Assembly: GCA_963785305.1 (NCBI GenBank)
Contig: CAWAUV010000008.1
Span: 128,001 to 192,000, forward strand
Direction: 5' to 3'
Source: an uncultured Planctomycetaceae bacterium
GTDB lineage: Bacteria; Planctomycetota; Planctomycetia; Pirellulales; PALSA-1355
Length of the DNA: 64,000 nt
Made by a program: the position numbers and the translations under genes. Positions within the stretch are counted from its first letter, which is position 1. Each line of letters starts with the position of its first letter. Below the pieces are notes generated by a model. That model saw only the letters and a list, made by a program, of their open reading frames with translations. It searched no databases and was not told where the DNA came from. Below are positions 45,651-56,101 of the stretch, piece by piece.

Positions 45651-46776
45651 CTAGCGACGATCGCGGCCAAAAACCTGATAGACGCTCGCGTCGGCTTTTT
45701 TGAACTCGAGACCCAAGCCGGGGCGGCCGCGGTCGGGCTCGAGATATCCGCCGCGCGGCGAAGTGCGCCCTCGAACAGCATCCGCTCAATCCGCGCATGG
45801 TCATGAAAATATTCGAGATGGATCACCTCGGGCGCGATGCAGCCCAAATGCGCGTGGATCGACGGCGCGCAGTGGGCCGAAAGCGGCGCTGGCCGTGCCT
45901 CGCAAAGCGCGGCGACGCGTAAAAAACCGCTCACGCCTCCGCAGCGCGTGGCATCGGCTTGCAGCACGTCGACCGAGGGAGCTTCGAGCATCCGCCGGAA
46001 ATAAAAGGGGTCGTAACCATATTCACCGGCGGCGATGTCCATCGTCGCCGGCGCCCGCGACCGCAGGAGCGCGAGCCCCTCGAGATCGTCGGACGAAACC
46101 GGTTCCTCGAACCAAGAGACGCCCAAATCGGCGAACCGCTCGGCTTGGGCGAGCGCTTGCTTCACGGTATAGGCGCCGTTGGCGTCGACAAAAAGCCGTG
46201 CGTCGCCGATGGTTTCGCGCGCATGCGCACCCGCCGAAGCGCCGCGTCGCGGTCGGCGCCGATTTTCATCTTCACCCGCGGAATGCCGTCGCTCACCCAG
46301 CCGCCGAGTTGGGCTCGCAGTTGGTCGTCGCCATAGCATGTGAATCCGCCGCTGCCATAGATCGGCGCCCGATCGCGCGCTGCGCCGAGCAAGTCGACGA
46401 GCGATACATCGAGCAGTCGCGCCTTAAGGTCCCAAAGCGCGATATCGACGATGGAAATTGCCATGGCGGCAATGCCGGGCCGACCGAGATTGCGCACCGC
46501 CACCGCCATCCGCACATTCGCGGCGGGAATTGCCAGCGGGTCCGAACCGATAAGAAGATCGGAAAGCTTGTCGCGGATCAACGTGGCCGTGGCGGTGTCG
46601 GCATATCCAAAGCCAAGGCCGGTCGTGTCGCCGGCCGTCATGTCAACCACGACCAAGGTGGTGCTATCCCAGTCCAGCGTGCCATCGGCCTCGGGACTGT
46701 CCGTGGGTATCGAATAGGCCGAGACTTCGAGCCTCGTGATCGCGTCGATTTTGAGATCGAGTTGAGTGGCAGCCAT
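45651..46776 (-). CDS. Mandelate racemase/enolase superfamily protein (frameshifts ~46220, ~45760)
   Basis: VDIALWDLKAR, KMKIG, LFVDANG, WFEEP, AAGEY and SAHCAP; restored C-terminus EPDRGRPGLGLEFK...* ends at 45651. Confidence 0.88.
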
Positions 46777-46831
46777 TGCATCGACTTTCCAAGCCGCGGA
46801 GATTCGGTGCTGGAGTGGAGACCGAGGGAAA

Positions 46832-46847
46832 CGCAAATTGCGTGCCG
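46832..46847 (-). promoter_or_regulatory. Putative sigma54 promoter (enolase-oxidoreductase-SDR operon)
   Basis: Minus strand CGGCACG-CAAT-TTGCG, about 55 nt upstream of the ATG. Confidence 0.6.
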
Positions 46848-47064
46848 GCGGCCCGATGCGCGTTTCGCCAATCGCGCCGAGAACGCGACAATGCGGGAGT
46901 GAAACGTCGCTCCGGCTCGCGCAAAAACTCCACGGGTGCGGGATCGCTTGAGCGCCTCGGCGCCAGCGTGGCTTGCTCGCGACCGCCGCGATCGCGCGCC
47001 TTGCAAGAACGCCCTGACGGAGTTGAAAGCCTTTCCCGGCCTCGGGGGCAAGGGCCTGTCGCTT

Positions 47065-49609
47065 CTACTGGACCCAATTCCAGTGGCACTCGTAAATCGT
47101 GCCCGGGGCGGGGGCGAGCAGCGACCAATGGATGATCGAGCCGCGATTGTATTCGAGGCCCTCGGTCGGAGTTACTACCCGCGACGTATCGAGATGCCTC
47201 GGATCGAGGGCCACCAAGCGGAAATGATCGAATTGCCTGTTCTCCGGCAATAACACATAGGCCACGAGCTCCGCCACGGGCGCGTTGACGATCAGCCGCA
47301 CGCGCGGATCGCGCTCGAAGTCGCCGGGCAGCGGGTCCTCCATCAGAATTTCGATCACCAGGTCCACCGGCTCCCCGAGCGGAACGGTCGTGAGATCGAG
47401 CTGGAGCTCCCAATTCGATTCGAGGCCGCCCTCGGTCTCCGGACTCTTCTTGAGCCGGCGCAGGCGGGGATGAAGTTCGCGGTTGAGCACTCGAATTTCC
47501 AGCGATACCGCCGGCACGGTGAACCGGTAAACAAACGGCTGGTCTTTGTCGAGATCGGAGGTCTTTTGAAAGCGAACTCGTCGCCGCGCATAAATCGAGT
47601 TCTTGCCAGGGTTGTTCGCGGACTCGCGCATGTCGATCTTCCGCGGATCGAGAATTGTGTGATCGGTGTTGAATTTGATTCCGGTCTCGGTCGCGGGCAG
47701 GAGCGAGGTCACTTCATCCACGGGCCCGGTCTTCCATGGCGCCACGGTTCCATCGCGCAGCAGTCGCAACACGGCGAGTTGATCCTGGTCGGTGCGGGCG
47801 ATCGATTCGGTCAATTTCTGGGTTTCTCGATACTCGCGGCGGGCCACCAGCAAGCGGTAAATTCCGACCGGGCCCACGGACAGGATCACCAGAATCAAGG
47901 CCACATACACATACGAAGTCCAGTCGCGCCAGTCGAGCAGCCGCGCCCACACATTGCGTAGCGCCGACGCTTGCAGCTTGCGGGCGGCAATCACATCTTC
48001 GGTCGGACCGCGATTGCCGGTAAGCAGGGCCAGCTTTTTCTTCGCGCCACGCGTGGCGCGATTGGCGGCGTCTTCATCGGGGTCCCACGGCGGACCGGTA
48101 GGCCAATCTTGGCCGGTCCAATCGTGCCGTTCGCGGCAGATGGCCCGGGCCACGCAGTACCCATGGCGCACGAGCGTGCTGATTTCGAGCGGCGTGAACT
48201 GGTCCATGTCGGTGCGAATCTCTTGCATGCGCCGCTGAATTTCGGGATGCGGCGCGGTCGGGTCTTCCGACAGTTCGACGATCCGGCTGATCGGCAGAAA
48301 CATGAATCCGGGCTGATTGCGAAAAGTTTCCTTCTCGAGCTGCCACACGCGATCGAGCCCGATATCGGAAGCCCGCATCGCGGTGGTGATCATGCCCATG
48401 GCGTGTACTTCGGTTATGGCGCGTAGATGTTTTCCGGCATCGCTCACGAGCACTTGGTCGAACATCGCGCCCAGGGGCCGCATGCAGCGCTTGCCCGTGA
48501 TCTGCCGGAGCACGGTTTCGAGCAACTGGCGATTCAACCAGTGGTGGTCGTGGTATTCGAGGTCCTTGCCCGAATCGCGCACCGAGTGCAAGAGCGCCAC
48601 GGCCTCGGGATCGTCGGGCTTCACTTCTTGGAAGGCCGGCTCGCGATAGAGCGTCGACTGGGCGACGACGCGTTGCAAGTTTGCCACCACCTGATCCACG
48701 TCGTCGTTCGCGGTCGGGTCCGCGGGTTGGCCGTTGGACTCGGCGTTTTCGGAATACAGTTGCGCGAGCCGCGCCACGGGACTGTTCTTGTCGACATTGT
48801 CGATCGACGACAGGGCGGCGACCACGCAGCGCGCGTCGTAAAAATCGCGGCGCGAGAGTTCCGATTCGCGCCCGAGCCAAGTGCGCTCGAGATTGCGAAA
48901 CATGCGCACGCCAAGGTTGTCGAACACGCCGCCGTCGGTGAATACCTGGCGATTGAACTGCCCCTCGACGGCGCCGATATCGGCCCAATCGACTTGCAGC
49001 GGTGGAAAGAAGCCGGGAAACGCGCTCGAGGCCGTGACGGCTAGCGCCAGCGTGGCCAAGCCGGTGTGCATGCGCTCGAAGCGATAGAACTCGCCGGGCA
49101 GCCGCCGCTGAACAATCACTCCGTCGCGCGTGAAAGAGCAGAGCGCGCCCTCGGTGAGGTTCGTCGAAAGAATATGCAAATAGGGCTGCTCCGGTAGTTG
49201 AAACAGACACGTGTCGCCATAGAGCTCGCTCTGATAATACGCTTCGAGCAGCCCGGTGCGGCGTGATGCGGTGATTGCTTCCCAGCCGCAACATCCAGCG
49301 CGAAAGCTGAATGGGAATCGCCAGCGGAAAGCGCCGCACGATCCGATTGCGCACATCGAGCCGCGTGAATCGCAGCACTTCGGCGGCGGCGGCGTCGAAC
49401 TGGTCGGGCGTGCCCGAGTACCGATCCCAATTTTGCACCAAATGCGCCGCGAGAATGCTTCCACCCGACACGGAGGTGATATGCGTGATCGAAGGCAAGA
49501 TTCCGGCGTCGCGTAGGAAACGGACGACGCCCAGGTGATAGAGCGTGGCGCGAAACCCGCCGCCGGAGAGCGCGAGTCCGATGCGTTTCATGTTGTTGGA
49601 CTGCGACAT
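47065..49609 (-). CDS. Patatin-like phospholipase with insertion domain, TM helix and C-terminal domain (frameshift ~49260)
   Basis: LALSGGGFRA, TSVSGGS, ASSAFPGFFPP, DGGVFDN and IRTDMD.F; TM YVYVALILVILSVGPVGIY. Confidence 0.85.
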
Positions 49610-49817
49610 GCCCCGATTCCTCGCCGATGAATAGCGAATCGCCAACTTCGCGGTGGCGATGAATTTAACCGCTCCTTGGCAAACGCCATACCGAGTTGTT
49701 TTGGGCCACCCAGCGAAATGTTACCGCACGAAAGCGATGATTGATTAAATGTCACCGAGCGCATTTCGCGTCGAGGCTGGTGGCGCCTGGGCTTTGAAAT
49801 GTCGATCAAATCGCCCG

Positions 49818-49847
49818 CGGCACGGCGAGTGCTAGCATTGCTAGCAC
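49818..49847 (+). promoter_or_regulatory. Putative sigma54 promoter for ku, overlapped by a perfect 9-1-9 palindrome
   Basis: CGGCACG-GCGA-GTGCT (49818-49833) and GTGCTAGCA-T-TGCTAGCAC (49829-49847). Confidence 0.5.
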
Positions 49848-49891
49848 ACCCTGATTCGCGCTTTTTTCCTTTCCCCGATGAGACACACGCC

Positions 49892-50848
49892 ATGCTTCGC
49901 GCCAGTTGGAAAGGCCGCTTGCGGCTCAGTTTGGTGACCGTGCCCGTGCAGGCGATTTCGGCCCAGGTCGCGGGCGGCGGCGAGGTTCATTTTCATCAGC
50001 TTCACGAAAGCTGCCATAGCCGCATTCAATACAAAAAGATTTGCCCCAAGCATGGCGAAGTCGCGAAAAACGAGATCGTGCGCGGCTTCGAATACGCCAA
50101 GGACAAATACGTGATCGTCGATCCAGAAGAACTGGATTCGCTGCTCGGTGAACGCGAGCATGTGATCGAAATCGACACATTTGTCGCGCCGGAGGCGATC
50201 GATGTCCGGTTCCTTGATGGCCGAAGCTTTTATCTCGTCGCCGATGGCGCCGCGGGCCAAAAGCCCTATGCGTTGCTCCGCCAAGCGATGCTCGAACTCG
50301 AGCGGATCGCCGTGGCCCGCTGCATGATCGCCGGCCGGTCGCAACTGGTTGCCGTGCGCACCGTCGACGACTTGCTGGTGATGACGATTCTCAAATTCGC
50401 CAGCCAATTGCGCTCGCCCGACGATGTTCGCGAGCAGGTCAAAAAGGTAAACGTCTCGGCGGCGGAACTCAAACTGGCGCGGACACTCATCGCATCGTCG
50501 ACGGCCAAGCATTTCGATCTCGCGGATTATCACGACGATTACACGGTGAAACTCCAAGAGCTGATCGACGCCAAGGCCGGGGGACGCGAAATCGTGGCCG
50601 CGCCCGCGGAAGAGCCGCCCCCGATCATCAATCTCATGGACGCCCTGCGCAAAAGCGTGAATAAAACCAAGGGTCCGGCGCCGGGCGCGAGGAAATCGCC
50701 CATCCAGCGCCAACGCCTTGGCGAATCACATGCCAAGCCCGGCGCCGGGACGAAAGCCGGGAGGAAAATCGCCGGCAAATCACAATCGGTCCATGCCACG
50801 CGGCATGCGACATCTTCGACCGAGCGGGCGCGGCGCGGAAGTTCGTAG
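49892..50848 (+). CDS. ku: NHEJ DNA end-binding protein Ku
   Basis: RASWKG.L.LSLVTVPV, FHQLH..C.SRI.Y...CP, EIVRGFEY, KPYALL, YHDDY...L.ELI.AK and INLMDALRKS; basic tail. Confidence 0.95.
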   Translation: MLRASWKGRLRLSLVTVPVQAISAQVAGGGEVHFHQLHESCHSRIQYKKICPKHGEVAKNEIVRGFEYAKDKYVIVDPEELDSLLGEREHVIEIDTFVAPEAIDVRFLDGRSFYLVADGAAGQKPYALLRQAMLELERIAVARCMIAGRSQLVAVRTVDDLLVMTILKFASQLRSPDDVREQVKKVNVSAAELKLARTLIASSTAKHFDLADYHDDYTVKLQELIDAKAGGREIVAAPAEEPPPIINLMDALRKSVNKTKGPAPGARKSPIQRQRLGESHAKPGAGTKAGRKIAGKSQSVHATRHATSSTERARRGSS

Positions 50849-50868
50849 CGCGAACCGCGCTATCGCTA

Positions 50869-51898
50869 TCACCGCGTCGAGGTCATCTCGTTGTTCTTTC
50901 TCGCGGCCCGTTCGCCGAGCGTCGTGAGAATCGAGGGCGAGAGCCACGACGCGCTTTCGTGGCCCTTGGCCGGATGCGTGAGCACGCCGCCGGTTTTCGG
51001 AAGCAATCGCGCGAAAATCGCCATGGCTTCGGCCGCGAGATTCGGCGCGAGCGATTGCGCTTTCAGCGCGAGCGCGGCGCTCAGCGGCATCACATATTCC
51101 GCGTCGCCGCGCTGGCAGGCCTTGAGAATTCGCGCCGCGGCGGTGTCGGCGTTCATCGAAACCAACGGCAGCGAGTCGCCGATGCTGAACCAAGCATATT
51201 CCTTGCGGTGCTGGCCTTTGAAAGTCGCATTGCGCGGACTGCCGGTGCGCATCAGGCCGGGACACACGGTCGTGACCAAAATACCATCGGCGGCCAACTC
51301 GGCTCGCAAGCCGGTCGAAAGGCCGACCAGGGCGAATTTGCTGGCCGCATAGGGCAGCATATGCGGCACGGCTCGCTTGCCGCCGAGCGAGGCGATATTC
51401 ACGATGCGGCCCCAGCCGGCTCGGCGCATCGTCGGCACGACCGCGAGCGTCGTGTGGAGCACGCCCCAGCAATGCGTGTTCATCGATTTCTGGAAGTCAT
51501 CGATCGTCATCGTGTCAAACGGCCCGACTTCGATCACGCCGGCCACGTTGAACACCAGATCGATGGCGCCCCAGTGTTCGATGATTCGCCGCGTCATTTC
51601 GTCGACGTCATCGCGCTGGGTGACATCGCAATCGAAGGTCATCACATCGCCGCCCAGCGCGCAACTCGGCGCCCGCCGCCTCGAGTTCTTTTGGAGAACG
51701 CGAGCAGATCGCCACTCTGGCGCCAGCCGCGACCAAATGGCGCGCGATCACCAGGCCCAGTCCCCGAGCGCCGCCCGTGACAAGCGCGCGCCGACCGGTG
51801 TAGCCGAACCACCGCGCGCGATGAACAAGAGCCCGCGCTCCCCAAAAAGCCAGTCCAGCCAAGCCGAGCCCGAGAGCCGTGGCGCGTGAAGTTCGCAT
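50869..51898 (-). CDS. SDR-family oxidoreductase with N-terminal membrane segment (frameshift ~51645)
   Basis: TGGARGLG, NVAG, YAASKFA and PGLMRTGS. Confidence 0.88.
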
Positions 51899-52008
51899 GG
51901 GTTACATAACCTTGATCGAGGAAAAAAGTCGTGCCCGCGTGGCCGAAGCGATCAGGTCATGAACCATGCGATGATAAACGACAAGCCGCTTGATTCACCC
52001 CAGGGCGG

Positions 52009-52746
52009 TTACTTGCTCGAGCGCTGTTCCTTCGTGAGGTTTTCCTTCAAATGCTGAATCGCCGGCGCTTTTTCATATTTCCAGTCGTTGCCCTGGTTCC
52101 AAGGGCCGCGGTAATTGCCGTTGTCGGCGCCGCCGGTCGAATCGTCGAAATAAGTGTTCGCCAATTCGGGCGTGGGCGGAATTTTGCCGATCTCGAGCGG
52201 GTCCTTGCCCATGCTCTCGAGCGCGATCATAAACGATTTCATGTGCGCGATTTCTCGCGTCATCAGAAACTGCAGCGCGTCTTTCGTGCCGGGATCGTCG
52301 CAGAAGTTGAGCAACCGTTCATACACGATCTTGGCCCGCGCTTCGGCGGCGATGTTGCTTCGCAGGTCGACATCGAGCTCGCCGGTGATTTTCAAATAGT
52401 CGCTCGTCCAGGGATTGCCGGCCGAATTGCTCAGCGAAAGTCCGCCGCCAGCCACTGCCACGAGCGGATCCGCCTCGGCCGCGTCACGATCCGTTTTGGT
52501 CGTCGACAGATGCAACCGGGCAAGCGTGCCGATCATTTCCAGGTGGCTCAGTTCCTCGGTGCCGATGTCCATTAACAGATCTTTGCGGGCCGGGTCGTCG
52601 CAAGCGAGCCCCTGGATCGTGTATTGCAGCGCGGCGGCGAGCTCGCCGTTGGCCCCGCCAAACTGTTCGAGCAGCATATTGCCAAATCGCGGCTCCGGCG
52701 CGCCGACATTCACGGTATACATCAACCGCTTGACGTGGTGATACAT
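52009..52746 (-). CDS. Manganese catalase family protein
   Basis: LEQFGG..GEL.AA.QY, DIGTEELSHLE, DLRSNIAAEARA and REIAH. Confidence 0.93.
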   Translation of the reverse strand: MYHHVKRLMYTVNVGAPEPRFGNMLLEQFGGANGELAAALQYTIQGLACDDPARKDLLMDIGTEELSHLEMIGTLARLHLSTTKTDRDAAEADPLVAVAGGGLSLSNSAGNPWTSDYLKITGELDVDLRSNIAAEARAKIVYERLLNFCDDPGTKDALQFLMTREIAHMKSFMIALESMGKDPLEIGKIPPTPELANTYFDDSTGGADNGNYRGPWNQGNDWKYEKAPAIQHLKENLTKEQRSSK

Positions 52747-52825
52747 GGTTCCCGCTCCTTCATGGGTGGAGAGCACGACTCGGACTTCGAACGCGCAGGG
52801 CGCCGAGATGATCTTGACAGGGTGT

Positions 52826-52841
52826 TGCAATCGCCAGGCCA
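52826..52841 (-). promoter_or_regulatory. Putative sigma54 promoter (Mn-catalase)
   Basis: Minus strand TGGCCTG-GCGA-TTGCA, about 80 nt upstream of the ATG. Confidence 0.55.
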
Positions 52842-52990
52842 AAGCCATCGGATACTGGAAATGTCGCCGCTGGCTCCGGTTTGGATGTCGCCGCGGCGCC
52901 CAGCGGCTGCTCGCTCAACGGCCAACCCGATAGCGCAGCGATCGCTCGGCGGCGATTCCCACCGCTGAAGGGAACTGGCTAACGGCCAAT

Positions 52991-53106
52991 TCGAGAACTT
53001 CGGCGAGCCGGTCACCGAGCCCGTCACCGAGCCCTCGGCGAGACCTCGCCGAGCCCTCTCCCTACCCTCTCTCAAAGGGAGAGCGGGAGTTGTTGGATAG
53101 GCTCTA
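52991..53106. repeat. Small MITE/REP-like element, copy 2 (inverted relative to 24949-25019, with internal tandem expansion)
   Basis: GCCCTCTCCCTACCCTCTCTCAAAGGGAGAGCGGGAGTTGTTGGATAG closely matches the reverse complement of 24949-24997; CGAGAACTTCGGCGAGC is also shared. Confidence 0.7.
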
Positions 53107-55844
53107 AAACAAGCGCTCGCCTGTTTGCAGCTTTTTCAACATCGAGGCGGTGATCGACTGACGCGTCTTGAACATTGCAGCCCAAGGATCGCGCGCCAGC
53201 CGATTCAGCCGCGTGATCGCATTGCGGATGTTGAAATGATCCGGCCGCATGCGGGCCGTGAGCTCGTCCCAGGCAAGCGGCATGCTCACGGTAGCCCCGG
53301 CTCGAGCTCGCGTTGAATACGGCGCGATTGCGGTGGCCCCGCGATCATTGCGCAAATAGTCGATATAGATTCTCCCCCGTCGGGCCGCCTTGCTCATCGT
53401 GGACACATATTTTTCGGGCGCCGCCATCGCCAAATGTTCGGCGACCGCTTTGGAAAATGATTTGACTTCCGCCCAGGAACTTCCGCGTCGCAGTGGGGTC
53501 ACGACATGCAGTCCCTTCCCGCCCGAGGTCTTTACAAACGATTCGAGGTCGAGCGCTTCGAGCACTTGGCGCACATCGCGCACCGCCTCGGCGATTTGCT
53601 TCCAAGCAACGCCGGGGTCGGGATCGAGATCGATCACCAGCCGGTCGGGTTTATCGGGATCGTCGCGCTTGGAGCCCCAGCAGTGAATTTCGAGCACCGC
53701 CATTTGCACCAGCGCCACGAGTCCGCCGACATCGTCGATCGCGAGATAGTGCTCGGTCTTGCCATGTTCCTCGACGTCGACGCGAATGAGCCTCGGCGAA
53801 TTGCCTTCGCCCGGATGCTTTTGAAAGAAACAGGTTTTGCCGCTTCCGGCCGGGCAGCGCACCAGCGAGAGCAGGCGATCGCGCACATGCGGCAGCATCC
53901 GCTCGGCCACCTGTTCGTAATAGTGGGCCAAGTCATGCTTGGTCACGCCGTTGTCCGCGTAAAGCACTTTGTCGGGATGCGAAAGCGCGACTCCGGCGAT
54001 CGTGGCCGGGAGCGCGTCGTCGTCCCGCGCGGAACTCTTCGCCGCGGCGCTTTTCAACGCGGCGCGGCGGGAATCGCTTCGATGCTTTGTCATGGGAGTG
54101 AATTCCTGGCCCGGCTCGGGGCGCGCGGCGCTTTCCCGCGTGACTTCCCGAGCCGGCTTGTCCTCGCGGATTCCGAGAAACACCGGCTGCCGCAACAGGC
54201 CCTCATCGGTCCAGTTGGAAAAGCGAGTTTGAACCACGATTTTCGGCTCGATCCAGGTTACATCGCGCGAGGCGCCGATTCGCTCGCGACCGGCAAACGG
54301 CGGTGTCTTTCGCGTCAGTTTCTTCATTCTCGCGTGCATATCCTTCAGCGTGCGTTCGTCGAATCCGGCGCCGACGCGACCCGCGTGGATCAGTTGGCGG
54401 CGCTCGTCGTAATATCCCAAGAGCAACGCCCCGAAGCCGCCTCGCGATCCGCTTGGCTTGGTGAAGCCACCCACGACGAATTCTTCGTGCAGCGAGCATT
54501 TCACTTTGAGCCAGTCGTTTCCTCGACCCGCCACATAGGGTCGCCCGCGGCGTTTGCAGATGATGCCTTCGAGCTTCAGTCGCGCGGCCTGGGCAAACAT
54601 TTCCGGCCCTTTTCCGATCACATGCTCGCTAAAGCGAATTCGTCCCCGGTCGGTTTCAGGCGCCACGCGACGCAGCGCGGCTTTGCGTTCTTCGATCGGC
54701 CGAGAGCGGAGATCCTCGCCGTCCAAGCGCAGCAGATCGAACACGTAGTAGACGAGGCGCAAACATCGCCCCGCCGAGCAGCGTTTTGCAATTGCTGGAA
54801 GCTCGTCGTGCCATCGGGCCCAAGGGCGACGACTTCCCCATCGAGCAGCGCGCTGGTGACCGGCAAGATCGCGGCTGCCGCGGCCAACCGGGGAAACCGC
54901 GCGGTCCAATCCTTGCCGTTGCGGCTGATGAAGCGCGCCTCGCCCTTGTCCACGCGGCAGAGCATGCGGTATCCATCGAATTTGATTTCATGCAGCCAAT
55001 CGTCACCCAAGGGGGGAACGTCGGCCAAGGTGGCGAGCTCGACTTGCGCGTCGTCGGGCGGGGACGTTAGCTTCTGGGAAGCGGATTTCTTCTTCGCGGT
55101 CGCCTTCATGGCGACCCGTCGCACGGCGGGGGCTCGATCTTCGTTCGCCTTGCTTTTCTTGCCGCCGCGTGGCTTCGCTCGCTTGGAAGGCGCCGCTTTT
55201 TTAGCGGCGCACCGCGGAGTCGCCTTTTTGCGCACGGGCGATTTGGCGGTTGCGCCGGATTGCCACACGCGATCGCGATCTTCTCCAATGGCTTCGAGAT
55301 CGCGGCCCGAGGCGACGCTTAGCGGCTTCGACTTGCGGATATCGCCGCTGCTAAGCGCGTGTGAATCCTGTTGTTTGAAGAGAAACCAGTTGCGTTCATC
55401 GGCCCCGGCATGCGAGCCTCCACGACGGACGAGCATCCAGCGGCCCTTGAGCTTTTCGCCCCACAGTTCAAAGTCGAGCCGGCCGGCCGCGAGCGATTTC
55501 TTCGCATCGCCGCTGGGCAGCCACCGGCCCTGGTCCCAGAGCAGCACCGCGCCGCCGCCATATTCTCCCTCGGGGATCACGCCTTCGAAGTCGGCATAGT
55601 CGAGCGGGTGGTCTTCGACCGCGATCGCCAGCCGCTTGTCGGCCGGTCGGAGCGATGGCCCCTTGGGCACCGCCCAGCTTTTGAGCACGCCATCGACCTC
55701 GAGGCGAAAATCGTAGTGCAAGTGCGAGGCGGCGTGTTTTTGAATCGTAAAACGCGGGGCCCCGGCGCCGCGGCGGGCGCGGCTGCCTCGTGGCTCGGCC
55801 GTGGCCCTGAAATTTCGCTTGCGGCGATACTCGGCGAGGCTCAT
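53104..55844 (-). CDS. ligD: DNA ligase D, phosphoesterase-ligase-polymerase (frameshift ~54770)
   Basis: YRRKRNF..T.EP, QKHAASHLHYDFRLE, HEIKFDGYR, EGIICK, WLKVKC, LSHPDK, RCP.G, DLDP, KTSGGKGLH and YIDYLRN.RG.T...PYS.R. Confidence 0.95.
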
Positions 55845-55900
55845 CGAAGGAACTCCCGGTGGGCGGATTTGCTTTCGTTTCGCGGGCATCGCCAACCTGG

Positions 55901-55916
55901 AGCAAACTTGGCGCCA
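55901..55916 (-). promoter_or_regulatory. Putative sigma54 promoter (ligD)
   Basis: Minus strand TGGCGCC-AAGT-TTGCT, about 57 nt upstream of the ATG. Confidence 0.6.
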
Positions 55917-56101
55917 GCCATCGCCGCGGCTCGCCGTGCGCATTCTCCCGCCGGCTTCCCTCAAATGTCGGGGTGGTGAATCGCCCTTTCGGATTGCGTG
56001 GCGGCGCCTTATGATCGCTCGAAGTGGGGGCGATTCGCGGTGAGATTTCATTGTTCGAGCGATCGCGTGCGACACCCGGTCGCGGCCAGGAATGGATCTA
56101 T

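Noticed and set aside
47065..49609. CBASS CapV-type defence operon
   Set aside because: No CD-NTase or Cap2/Cap3 genes adjacent, and the architecture differs from CapV.
53506..55599. Long antisense ORFs (also 57886..59064, 12797..14254, 10203..11513)
   Set aside because: Typical high-GC shadow frames opposite well-supported genes.
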